A stretch of DNA of 36,132 nucleotides from assembly GCA_964013405.1 (NCBI GenBank), contig CAXGWI010000023.1, positions 1 to 36,132 on the forward strand, read 5' to 3'. Of this stretch, positions 28,628 to 36,132 are shown one piece after another. Numbering within the stretch: the stretch's first letter is position 1; the number at the start of each line of letters is the position of its first letter. The notes below the pieces were generated by a model. The model saw nothing but the letters and a program-made list of their open reading frames with translations. It searched no databases and was not told where the DNA came from. Both the position numbers and the translations under genes were made by a program. Source of the DNA: an uncultured Myxococcales bacterium. Lineage in GTDB: Bacteria > Myxococcota > UBA4151.

Positions 28628-30643
28628 ATGCGTATTCAACTTGGCCTCATTGCTTGTCTGCTCGTCGCTTGTCCAGGCGTTGAGCCACCGGGCCCGAACC
28701 CAGAAACCGATGCGGGGCTCACCCCTGCTGAGGATGCTGGCGTCGGCCAAGAGGATGCGGGCGCTCGCACAGACAGCGGTGTGGCCGAGGACGCCGGTGA
28801 GGTCACCGAGGATGCCGGTGAGGCCCCCGAGGATGGGGGACCGGTCATTGAGGACGCAGGCCCCGGCGCCGAGGACGGGGGACCAGGTGGGGACGAGGAC
28901 GCAGGTCCTCCGCCAGGTCAGCGCTGCCGTGAGAATGACGACTGCGACGATGGTGCTCAGTGCGTGCAGGGCATGTGTCAGCGGCCCGATCGCTGTCAGG
29001 ATGACGCCGACTGCCCCGAGGGCCAAGTCTGCACGATGAACATGTGTGGTCCTGAGGAGATGCTGAACTGCCGCGAGGACGGAGACTGTCCTGAGGGACT
29101 GACCTGTAATGAGGAAGGTCGCTGCGACATGGGCGGTGAGGGGCGCTGCTTCAACAACGATCAGTGCGAGGAAGGCCAAGTCTGCCAAGACGGTCAATGC
29201 ATGGATCATGGTGGTGGCGAAGGGCAGCGCTGTGGCGAAGGCATGCCCCGGTGCCCCGAAGGACAGATCTGTTCTGAGGCTGGATTCTGTCAGGGCGGCG
29301 GTGGCGGACCGATGCAATGCGGCGAGGGGCGTCCCTGCCCCCAAGGTCAGGTTTGCCGAGGCGGTAGCTGCCGACCCGAAGGGGGACCGGAGTGCCAAGA
29401 AGACGCCCATTGTGACGAGGGTTTCGTCTGTCGAGATCAGCGTTGCGTTGAGGGCGGCGGTGGAGGCCCCGTGATGTGTCGCCGCCACGATGACTGTGCT
29501 GAGGGCGAGGTTTGCAACGAGCAGGGCCAATGCGTCGAAGGTGGTGATTTACGCCCCTGTGGCTGGGAGGGTGATTGCGAACCCGGCGAGCGCTGCGATC
29601 AAGGCTTCTGCCGTGAGGGGGGTGGTATTCAAGCCTGTGAAGGCGATGCCGACTGTCCAGCTCAGCAGCGCTGCGATGCGAACGTTTGTGTTGATGCTGT
29701 GGATCCGGCCTGCCGGGACGTGGTCTGCCCTGAGGGTGAGCGCTGCATGAACGGCGACTGTGTCGGCGATGACCCCTGCGCTGAGGTCTTCTGTGATGAG
29801 GGCTTCATCTGCGAGGGCGGCGACTGTGTCGACATGAACCAAGGCGGCTGTGCCAACGACGACGATTGCGAGGGGGATCTGGTTTGCGAGAATGGCCAGT
29901 GCCTGCCGCCCGTGGTTGAGGGCTGCGGTGAGGGGCCGCCTTGCTTCCCGGATCAAGTTTGTGAGGAAGGCCGCTGTGTGGACGAGGGCCCTGTGGGCTG
30001 TGAGAACGACGCAGCTTGCGAAGAAGGACAAGTGTGTATCGATCGTCGTTGTGTCGACGAAATCCCTGGCCAGTGTGACGGGGACAACGAGTGCGCGCAG
30101 GGGGAGGTCTGTCGGGATCGTCGCTGCGTCCCCGATGACGGGCAATGTCGCGACAACAACCAGTGCGCGGCCGATGAGATCTGCAGCAATGGTCGCTGTA
30201 TTCTCGACCCCAATGCCGGCGCTTGTAACGACAATGGGGACTGTCCTAATGGCCAACAATGCTTCCAGGGCCGGTGTCAGGACCAGAACCAGGGGCAATG
30301 CCGAGACGATCGGGGCTGTGCCCAAGGTGAACGCTGCGTCAATGGGCGCTGCACCCGGGTCGAGGGTTGTTTCAATGACAACCAGTGTCCCGGCGATCAA
30401 ATCTGTCGGAACAATCGTTGCGTTGATGATCCCAACGGCGGCGGCGGTGGTGGTGGCGGTGATCCCGGTATCGGTGATGCCTGTGCCAACGATGCGGCCT
30501 GCCAGCCGGGCTGCCCGGATGATACCCGCTGTGCTTGTCGGAATTTCGGGCGTGGCAACATGTGTGTCGCTCTGTGCCCCAATGGGGCCCGGGATTGTCC
30601 CAATAACGCCATGTGCATGAATGGGGTCTGTGATCCATTTTAA
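28628..30643 (+). CDS. Cysteine-rich repeat lipoprotein (C-x2-D-x-D-C-x2-G-x2-C-x3/4-C units)
   Basis: ATG 28628 with GGGAG RBS; lipobox 'LVAC'; acidic EDAG linker; roughly 20 four-Cys modules separated by Gly linkers; no catalytic domain visible. Confidence 0.82.
   Translation: MRIQLGLIACLLVACPGVEPPGPNPETDAGLTPAEDAGVGQEDAGARTDSGVAEDAGEVTEDAGEAPEDGGPVIEDAGPGAEDGGPGGDEDAGPPPGQRCRENDDCDDGAQCVQGMCQRPDRCQDDADCPEGQVCTMNMCGPEEMLNCREDGDCPEGLTCNEEGRCDMGGEGRCFNNDQCEEGQVCQDGQCMDHGGGEGQRCGEGMPRCPEGQICSEAGFCQGGGGGPMQCGEGRPCPQGQVCRGGSCRPEGGPECQEDAHCDEGFVCRDQRCVEGGGGGPVMCRRHDDCAEGEVCNEQGQCVEGGDLRPCGWEGDCEPGERCDQGFCREGGGIQACEGDADCPAQQRCDANVCVDAVDPACRDVVCPEGERCMNGDCVGDDPCAEVFCDEGFICEGGDCVDMNQGGCANDDDCEGDLVCENGQCLPPVVEGCGEGPPCFPDQVCEEGRCVDEGPVGCENDAACEEGQVCIDRRCVDEIPGQCDGDNECAQGEVCRDRRCVPDDGQCRDNNQCAADEICSNGRCILDPNAGACNDNGDCPNGQQCFQGRCQDQNQGQCRDDRGCAQGERCVNGRCTRVEGCFNDNQCPGDQICRNNRCVDDPNGGGGGGGGDPGIGDACANDAACQPGCPDDTRCACRNFGRGNMCVALCPNGARDCPNNAMCMNGVCDPF
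28730..28905 (+). repeat. Degenerate 21-bp coding tandem repeat (EDAG-x3 heptapeptide)
   Basis: GAGGA[TC]G[CG]nGG recurs at about 21-nt spacing, encoding EDAGVGQ, EDAGART, EDAGEVT, EDAGEAP, EDGGPVI, EDAGPGA, EDGGPGGD and EDAGPPP. Confidence 0.8.
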
Positions 30644-30678
30644 CAGCGATTCCGTCACTTCGGTGACGGTGTCCGCTG
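30644..30678 (+). terminator. UUCG-tetraloop hairpin after the Cys-rich gene
   Basis: CCGTCAC-TTCG-GTGACGG (30652-30669), extended by CAGCG/CGCTG. There is no U-tract. Confidence 0.55.
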
Positions 30679-30698
30679 GGACGGATTGCGATCGCCCG

Positions 30699-30726
30699 TT
30701 GACAGCTAGAGGTCTTTGTTGAAATT
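30699..30726 (+). promoter_or_regulatory. Putative sigma70 promoter of oleABCD
   Basis: TTGACA at 30699-30704 with a weak -10 (TGAAAT or GAAATT) 15-16 nt downstream. Confidence 0.4.
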
Positions 30727-30749
30727 GGCCCCCCTCCGGGGGGAGCAAC

Positions 30750-31766
30750 ATGGAATTCAACCAGGTCTCAGTCATGAGCGTCGCTCATGTGGATCCGCCC
30801 CACCGGATCACCAGCCAGTCCATCGATGACCAACTCGCGGAGACCATGCAGAGAATCGGGGCTCGACCGGGTTTGCTCGAAGGCCTCTCGGGGATTCGAG
30901 CCCGGCGTTTCTGGGATGAGGATACCCGGCCATCCCAGGTGGCGGCCCAGGCTGGGCGAAAAGCCTTGGAGCGAGCTGGAATCAGCGGTGACCAACTCGG
31001 TGTCGTCATCAACACCTCGGTCTGCCGAGACTTTATTGAGCCTTCGACGGCCTGTTTGGTCCACGGCGAACTCGGCTTGCCGAGCACCTGTTTGAACTTT
31101 GATTTAGGCAATGCCTGCTTGGCTTTCATCAACGGCATGGAAGTGGCCGGGCAGATGATTGAGTCCGGCGCTGCCGATTACGCCCTGGTCGTCGATGGCG
31201 AGGGCAGTCGGGACGTGACCGAAGCGACGATCGCTCGACTTCAGGATCAGGACTGTAAGGCCGAGGACTTTCGGGCCCAGTTCGCCGCCCTGACGCTGGG
31301 TTCGGGCGCTGCCGGGATGGTCCTCGCTCGCTCGGATTTGGCCCCCGAAGGGCACCGCTTTCTCGGTTGCGTCAACGACGCGGCGACCGAATGGCGCCAC
31401 CTCTGTGAGGGGCAACGAGATTATATGCAGACCGACACCAGTGGGCTGCTCACCCAAGGCCTAAAGCTGGCCGCAAAGACCTGGCAGCGGGGCCGGGAGG
31501 AGCGCAATTGGCGGCCGGGCTACTTTGACCAGTTCGTCATCCACCAAGTCAGCCATGTGCACACCGAGAAGCTCTGTCAGACCCTGGGAATTGATCAGGA
31601 ACGTTGTTTCAAGATCTATCAGGAGTTCGGCAATATTGGGCCGGCCGGGGTGCCGATCACCCTCTCGAAAGCCGTCGAGGCCGGTCAGATTCAAACCGGT
31701 GACCGGGTGGCATTACTCGGCATTGGCAGTGGATTGAACTGCTCCATGGGCGAGATTGTTTGGTAG
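30750..31766 (+). CDS. oleA: OleA acyl-CoA:acyl-CoA alkyltransferase (thiolase/KAS III fold)
   Basis: 'NTSVCRDFIEPSTA' (catalytic Glu), 'NACLAF' (Cys), 'LTLGSGA', 'HQVS' (His), 'GNIGPA' and 'LGIGSGLNC'; first gene of the oleABCD order. Confidence 0.92.
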   Translation: MEFNQVSVMSVAHVDPPHRITSQSIDDQLAETMQRIGARPGLLEGLSGIRARRFWDEDTRPSQVAAQAGRKALERAGISGDQLGVVINTSVCRDFIEPSTACLVHGELGLPSTCLNFDLGNACLAFINGMEVAGQMIESGAADYALVVDGEGSRDVTEATIARLQDQDCKAEDFRAQFAALTLGSGAAGMVLARSDLAPEGHRFLGCVNDAATEWRHLCEGQRDYMQTDTSGLLTQGLKLAAKTWQRGREERNWRPGYFDQFVIHQVSHVHTEKLCQTLGIDQERCFKIYQEFGNIGPAGVPITLSKAVEAGQIQTGDRVALLGIGSGLNCSMGEIVW

Positions 31767-31769
31767 ATC

Positions 31770-32633
31770 ATGAAGCCCCACGACTTTTCCTTCGACGCGA
31801 ACTTCGCTCACGTCGATGGCCACAACTTGCATTACCTGGACGAGGGCAAGGGCGAAGTGGTCCTGATGGTTCATGGGAACCCGACTTGGAGTTACTATTA
31901 TCGTAACGTGGTCCGGGCCCTGAGCGCCGATTACCGCTGCATCGTTCCCGACCATATCGGCTGTGGGATGTCCGCGAAGCCATCGGCCGAGGACTATCCC
32001 TACACCTTGGAGCGTCGAGTCTCCGACCTCGATGAATTGATGGAGCGCTTGGCGCCGACAGGCACCGTACATCTCGTGCTGCACGATTGGGGCGGTATGA
32101 TCGGCATGGCTTGGGCAGCCCGTCATGCGGCCCGGATCGGTCGGATCGTGGTGCTCAATACCGCCGCCTTTCCTCTGCCTGAATCGAAGCCGTTTCCTTG
32201 GCCTTTAGCCCTTTGCAGGAGCCCTTTGGGGGGCTTTATCATCGAGCACTTCAACGGCTTCGCCCGGGTCGCGAGCCGAGTGGCCTTCAAGAAGTCGGTG
32301 CCGACGGAGGTTCGGCAGGCCTATGTTTGGCCCTATGAGCCCAAGGGAGCCCGGGTCGCGACCCGCCGCTTTGTTGAGGACATTCCCTTAAAGCCCGAGG
32401 ATCCCGGTTATGATGTCGTGGCCGGGGTCGAAGCCCAGTTGCAGGACTTCGCTGACCGAGAGGTCTTGGTCTGTTGGGGCATGAAGGACTTTGTCTTCGA
32501 TCACCACTTTCTCGCCCGATGGCGGCAGCACTGGCCCCAGGCCGAGGTGCACGAATACGCCGATTGCGGGCACTATATTCTCGAGGATGCGGCGCCGGAA
32601 ATCATCGAGAAAATCCGTGGCTTCTTCCCGTGA
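31770..32633 (+). CDS. oleB: OleB beta-lactone decarboxylase (haloalkane dehalogenase-like)
   Basis: 'HGNPTWSYYYR', 'PDHIGCGMS', nucleophile 'HDWGG', 'WGMKDFVFD' and 'GHYILED'. Confidence 0.92.
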   Translation: MKPHDFSFDANFAHVDGHNLHYLDEGKGEVVLMVHGNPTWSYYYRNVVRALSADYRCIVPDHIGCGMSAKPSAEDYPYTLERRVSDLDELMERLAPTGTVHLVLHDWGGMIGMAWAARHAARIGRIVVLNTAAFPLPESKPFPWPLALCRSPLGGFIIEHFNGFARVASRVAFKKSVPTEVRQAYVWPYEPKGARVATRRFVEDIPLKPEDPGYDVVAGVEAQLQDFADREVLVCWGMKDFVFDHHFLARWRQHWPQAEVHEYADCGHYILEDAAPEIIEKIRGFFP

Positions 32634-34285
32634 GTGAGAATGTCGCCAGTGCCCTGAGCGCCATGGCGGAAGCCCAGCCCGAAACCCCTGCGATGTACTT
32701 GCCCGATGGTTGGGAAAGCCGGGGGCAGCTGCGCTATCGAGCCATCTCTTTTGCCAAGCTCGATAGGGACAGCAATGAGATCGCCGCCGGCCTGCAGGGC
32801 TTGGGGCTAAAGAAAGGCAGCCGCGTCGCCCTGATGGTGCCGCCGGGGGAAGCCTTCTTCGGGGTGACCTTTGCGCTCTTTAAGGTGGGGCTCGTGCCGG
32901 TGCTCATCGATCCGGGTATCGGCCTAAAAGCCCTCAAAACCTGCTTGGCTGAGGCCAAGCCGGAAGCCTTTATCGGCATTCCCAAAGCCCAAGTCGCCCG
33001 GCTGCTCTTCGGCTGGTGTCGGGGGCAGTTGAAGCATGTGGTGACCGTGGGGCCCCGCTTGTTCTGGGGCGGCACCACCTTGAAAGCGGTGCAGCAAAAG
33101 GGGGCTGCCGCCGGACCGTACGTGGCGCCGGAGGTTGGCGGTGATGATCCGGCCGCGGTGCTTTTTACCAGTGGCAGTACGGGCATTCCGAAAGGGGCGC
33201 TGTATCGGCACCGCAACTTCATGGCGCAGGTGGCCATGATTCGGGATCGCTACCAGATCGAGCCTGGCGAGGTCGATCTGCCCACCTTCCCCCTCTTTGC
33301 CCTCTTTGATCCGGCCCTCGGCATGACCGCGGTGATTCCGAAGATGGACTTTACCCGCCCGGCGAAGGCCAACCCCAAACTGCTGGCCCAGGCCATCGAG
33401 CGCTTCGAGTGCACCAACATGTTTGGCTCGCCCGCGTTGCTCAACACCTTCAGTCGCTGGGGGGAGCCGGCTGGCAAAAAGTTCCCCAGCCTGCGGCGCA
33501 TTCTTTCGGCCGGTGCACCCGTGCCGGCCGAGGTGCTGTCCCGCTGTCGGGCCATGATCCCCGAGGACGCCACCATCTCCACCCCCTACGGCGCCACGGA
33601 GAGTTTACCGGTGGCCTCCATCGAGAGCCGAGAGGTCCTGGGTGAAACCGGGGCGAAGACGGCCCAGGGCAAGGGCGTGTGTGTGGGGCTCCCGGATCCC
33701 AAGGCGAAGGTGCGCATCATCAAGATCAGCGACAAGGCCATCAAGTCCTGGTCCGATGATCTGTTGGCGCCCCCGGGGGAGGTCGGCGAGATCGTGGTGA
33801 ACAGCCCGGCGGTGACCACCGAGTATTTTGGTCGCCCCAAGCAGACGGCCCGAGCGAAGATTCGCGACGAAGACGGCTCGGTGATCCACCGCATGGGGGA
33901 TCTAGGGTATCTGGATGAGGCCGGTCGGCTCTGGTTTTGTGGTCGGAAAAGTCATCGGCTGGAGACCGCCGAGGGGCCCATGTACACCCTGTGTTGTGAG
34001 GGGGTCTTTAATGACCACCCCCAGGTCTTTCGCACCGCATTGGTGGGCTTGGGCGAGCGAGGAAATCAAGAGCCAGTGCTGATGGTGGAGCGGGAGCTGG
34101 TGGTGCCTTATCCCCGCCTGAGCGCACCGGAGCTCACGGCCGAGTTGTTGGAGCTGGGGCGTCGCTGGAGCCACACCCGATCCATCGAAAAGATCATCTA
34201 CCATCCGGGCTTTCCCGTGGACATTCGCCACAATGCGAAGATCAACCGGGAGCTGTTGACCCAGTGGGCGGAGAAGCACGGGTGA
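32630..34285 (+). CDS. oleC: OleC beta-lactone synthetase (AMP-dependent ligase)
   Basis: GTG 32630 overlaps the oleB TGA. Motifs 'LFTSGSTGIPKG', 'DLPTFPLFALF', 'TPYGATESLP', 'HRMGDLG', 'WFCGRKSHR' and 'FPVDIRHNAKI'. Confidence 0.93.
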   Translation: MSENVASALSAMAEAQPETPAMYLPDGWESRGQLRYRAISFAKLDRDSNEIAAGLQGLGLKKGSRVALMVPPGEAFFGVTFALFKVGLVPVLIDPGIGLKALKTCLAEAKPEAFIGIPKAQVARLLFGWCRGQLKHVVTVGPRLFWGGTTLKAVQQKGAAAGPYVAPEVGGDDPAAVLFTSGSTGIPKGALYRHRNFMAQVAMIRDRYQIEPGEVDLPTFPLFALFDPALGMTAVIPKMDFTRPAKANPKLLAQAIERFECTNMFGSPALLNTFSRWGEPAGKKFPSLRRILSAGAPVPAEVLSRCRAMIPEDATISTPYGATESLPVASIESREVLGETGAKTAQGKGVCVGLPDPKAKVRIIKISDKAIKSWSDDLLAPPGEVGEIVVNSPAVTTEYFGRPKQTARAKIRDEDGSVIHRMGDLGYLDEAGRLWFCGRKSHRLETAEGPMYTLCCEGVFNDHPQVFRTALVGLGERGNQEPVLMVERELVVPYPRLSAPELTAELLELGRRWSHTRSIEKIIYHPGFPVDIRHNAKINRELLTQWAEKHG

Positions 34286-35271
34286 AGCGGGTCTTGGTCA
34301 CTGGCGGTGGCGGCTTTGTGGGCAAAGCCATTCTCACGCGGCTCGCAGGTCAGGGCATCGAGTTGGTGAGCCTGGCTCGGGGCGATTACCCCGAGTTGCG
34401 GGCTTTGGGCGTGGAGACCCACCGGGGCGATTTAGCCGACAAAGACGCGGTGATGAAGGCGGTGGCGGGCTGTGATGTGGTCTTTCACGTGGCGGCGCTG
34501 GCGGGGATCTGGGGTGCATACGAGACCTTCTATCGGGCCAATGTCCTGGGCACCGAGCATGTCATTGAAGCCTGCCGAGCCCACGGGGTGAAGCGCTTGG
34601 TCTTTACCTCCTCGCCCAGCGTGGTGCAGACCGATGGGGACTGCGAGGGGGGCGATGAATCCTTGCCTTATCCCCTCAGCCACCGAACCTATTATCAGGC
34701 GACGAAGGCTGCGTCGGAACAAGCGGTGCTCGCCGCCAACGACGAGCAGTTGAGCACGGTGGCTTTGCGGCCTCGGCTCATCTGGGGGCCGGGTGATCGG
34801 CATTTGGTGCCCCGCTTGGTGGATCGGGCGAAACAGGGGCGCCTGCGCTTCTTAGGCACCGGCGATTACTTGGTGGACTCCACCATCATCGACAACGTGG
34901 TGGATGTGCATTTGGCGGCGGCGGAGCGCTTGGCCCCGGGTGCTGCCTGTGCCGGCAAAGCCTATTTTATCTCCAACGGCGAGCCTTGGCCTTTGAACAA
35001 GCTCCTCAACGGGATTTTGAAGGCCCGGGGCGTGGCGCCGGTCCGCAAGCGTATCCCGGCCGGCTTGGCTTTTGCGATCGGGATGATCTGCGAGGGCATC
35101 TGGTGGCTCTTCCGCTTGGGCGGTGAGCCCCCCATGACTCGCTTTTTAGCCCGACAGTTGAGCACGGCCAATTGGTACGACCTGAGCGCCGCTCGCCGAG
35201 ATCTGGGCTACGAACCCAGAGTCAGCTTGGACGAGGGGCTCCAGTTGTTGGCGGATGAGACCAAAGGATGA
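34282..35271 (+). CDS. oleD: OleD 2-alkyl-3-oxoalkanoate reductase (3-beta-HSD-like SDR)
   Basis: GTG 34282 overlaps the oleC TGA. Motifs 'VTGGGGFVG', 'HVAALAGIWG', 'TSSPSVV', YxxxK 'YQATK' and 'LRPRLIWGPGD'. Confidence 0.92.
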   Translation: MKRVLVTGGGGFVGKAILTRLAGQGIELVSLARGDYPELRALGVETHRGDLADKDAVMKAVAGCDVVFHVAALAGIWGAYETFYRANVLGTEHVIEACRAHGVKRLVFTSSPSVVQTDGDCEGGDESLPYPLSHRTYYQATKAASEQAVLAANDEQLSTVALRPRLIWGPGDRHLVPRLVDRAKQGRLRFLGTGDYLVDSTIIDNVVDVHLAAAERLAPGAACAGKAYFISNGEPWPLNKLLNGILKARGVAPVRKRIPAGLAFAIGMICEGIWWLFRLGGEPPMTRFLARQLSTANWYDLSAARRDLGYEPRVSLDEGLQLLADETKG

Positions 35272-35633
35272 GCCTGTTCTCCTCCGGTTGCCGCAGTGTC
35301 GGCCTGATGCTTGTTCTCGGTTGTCTTCTCAGCAGCCATAGCCAGGGGGCCCAAGCACAGGGGATGGCGCTGGCGATCGGGACGGGGGCGCAAGACGCAA
35401 CCCGCGAAGCGCCCCCGGTCAGTCAGCCCAAGCGCAATCCCAACGACATCTATCGAGCCGTTCTGATCACGGGCGTCGGCCTGACGATCATCTCGGGGAC
35501 TTTTTATCTCGCCAAGGATCTGAGCGAGGAGATCCGCACCCGCGCTCGTGTAAATGCTTGGTACGGGGTGGGGGGACTGTGGGTTGCCGTGGGTATGATC
35601 ACAGCCGCGGATTACTACCTTCTAAGTCCTTGA
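35268..35633 (+). CDS. Hypothetical membrane protein
   Basis: The ATG overlaps the oleD stop (ATGA). Signal-like N-terminus and two C-terminal hydrophobic segments. Confidence 0.55.
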   Translation: MSLFSSGCRSVGLMLVLGCLLSSHSQGAQAQGMALAIGTGAQDATREAPPVSQPKRNPNDIYRAVLITGVGLTIISGTFYLAKDLSEEIRTRARVNAWYGVGGLWVAVGMITAADYYLLSP

Positions 35634-35698
35634 TGAAGAGCGCCCTTAAGCCTTCTTCCCATCTTCACGTGCTGGGTTGAATCGACTAGATTCCCCCT

Positions 35699-36132
35699 AT
35701 GAAGTGCACCCGTCCCATCTTGATGTTGTTGGGCTTCCTCGGCTGCTCACCGGCCCTGCCTACCCTGCCTGAAGGCAATACACCCCTGCCCACCTCGCTA
35801 CGGGTGGTGGGCGAAGCCCCCACCTTGGTGGCGGGCCAATGGGGTGTCCTCACCGTGGAGGTGCTGGATCAAACCCTCCAGCCCATGCGCGGCCAAACGG
35901 TGAGCGCTTCGGTGGTGGACGCGGATTTGAGCCAAGCACCGGGTTTGTCTTTTGGGGTGGGCAACAGCTGCACCACCGGGGGGGATGCGCCCCAGTGTGC
36001 CCTGCGCATGCAGTCGGTGGGAACCCAGGGGGCCTATGAGTTGCTCATCAGCAGTGGTGGCGCCGAGGTGCTTCGCCCCATCATTCAGGTGGTTCCAGAA
36101 TCGGATTCCATTGAGTTGACCGTTCAGCGGAC
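35699..36132 (+). CDS. Lipoprotein with probable Ig-like domain, 3'-truncated by the window edge (absent from the ORF track)
   Basis: The frame is open from ATG 35699 to the end of the window: MKCTRPILMLLGFLGCSPALP...LTVEVLDQTLQPMRGQTVSASV. Lipobox 'FLGC' and an invasin/Big-like strand motif. Confidence 0.7.
   Translation, partial: MKCTRPILMLLGFLGCSPALPTLPEGNTPLPTSLRVVGEAPTLVAGQWGVLTVEVLDQTLQPMRGQTVSASVVDADLSQAPGLSFGVGNSCTTGGDAPQCALRMQSVGTQGAYELLISSGGAEVLRPIIQVVPESDSIELTVQR

Noticed and set aside
28538..30775. Long antisense ORFs (330 aa and 408 aa), plus the many antisense or alternate-frame ORFs over the repeat genes, leuS and ole
   Set aside because: These are shadow ORFs expected from high GC and repetitive codon use. 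They have no motifs and overlap well-supported genes.
31770..32633. Haloalkane dehalogenase
   Set aside because: It has the same fold, but its position between oleA and oleC identifies it as OleB.

Overview
A gene-dense, GC-rich bacterial chromosomal segment. It is most likely from a myxobacterium-like organism (Myxococcota), inferred from Myxococcus cysteine-rich repeat proteins, many lipoproteins with D-A/G-G linkers and sigma54-type promoters. The housekeeping core is leuS-lptE-holA on the minus strand, divergent from rpsT-yqeY-dnaG-tRNA-Ile2(CAT)-C4 zinc-ribbon gene-rnpB. Other content: dcd and tdk; lipid-handling genes (carboxylesterase, FABP-like protein, YceI, plsC, SCP2, MpaB/Lcp-family oxygenase, acyl-CoA thioesterase); tpm; a GMC oxidoreductase between two giant paralogous Cys-rich repeat lipoproteins; a third Cys-rich lipoprotein; and a complete oleABCD olefin/beta-lactone operon. 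No mobile element, CRISPR array, prophage or defence system was recognised. The most notable observations are four. (1) Both repeat lipoproteins end in the same unrecognised ~95-aa, 8-Cys tip domain. (2) The thymidine kinase has lost all four zinc ligands. (3) The RNase P RNA lacks the canonical L15 GGU motif. (4) The dnaG operon has no rpoD or rpsU. All family calls come from motif recognition by eye; no database searches were run.
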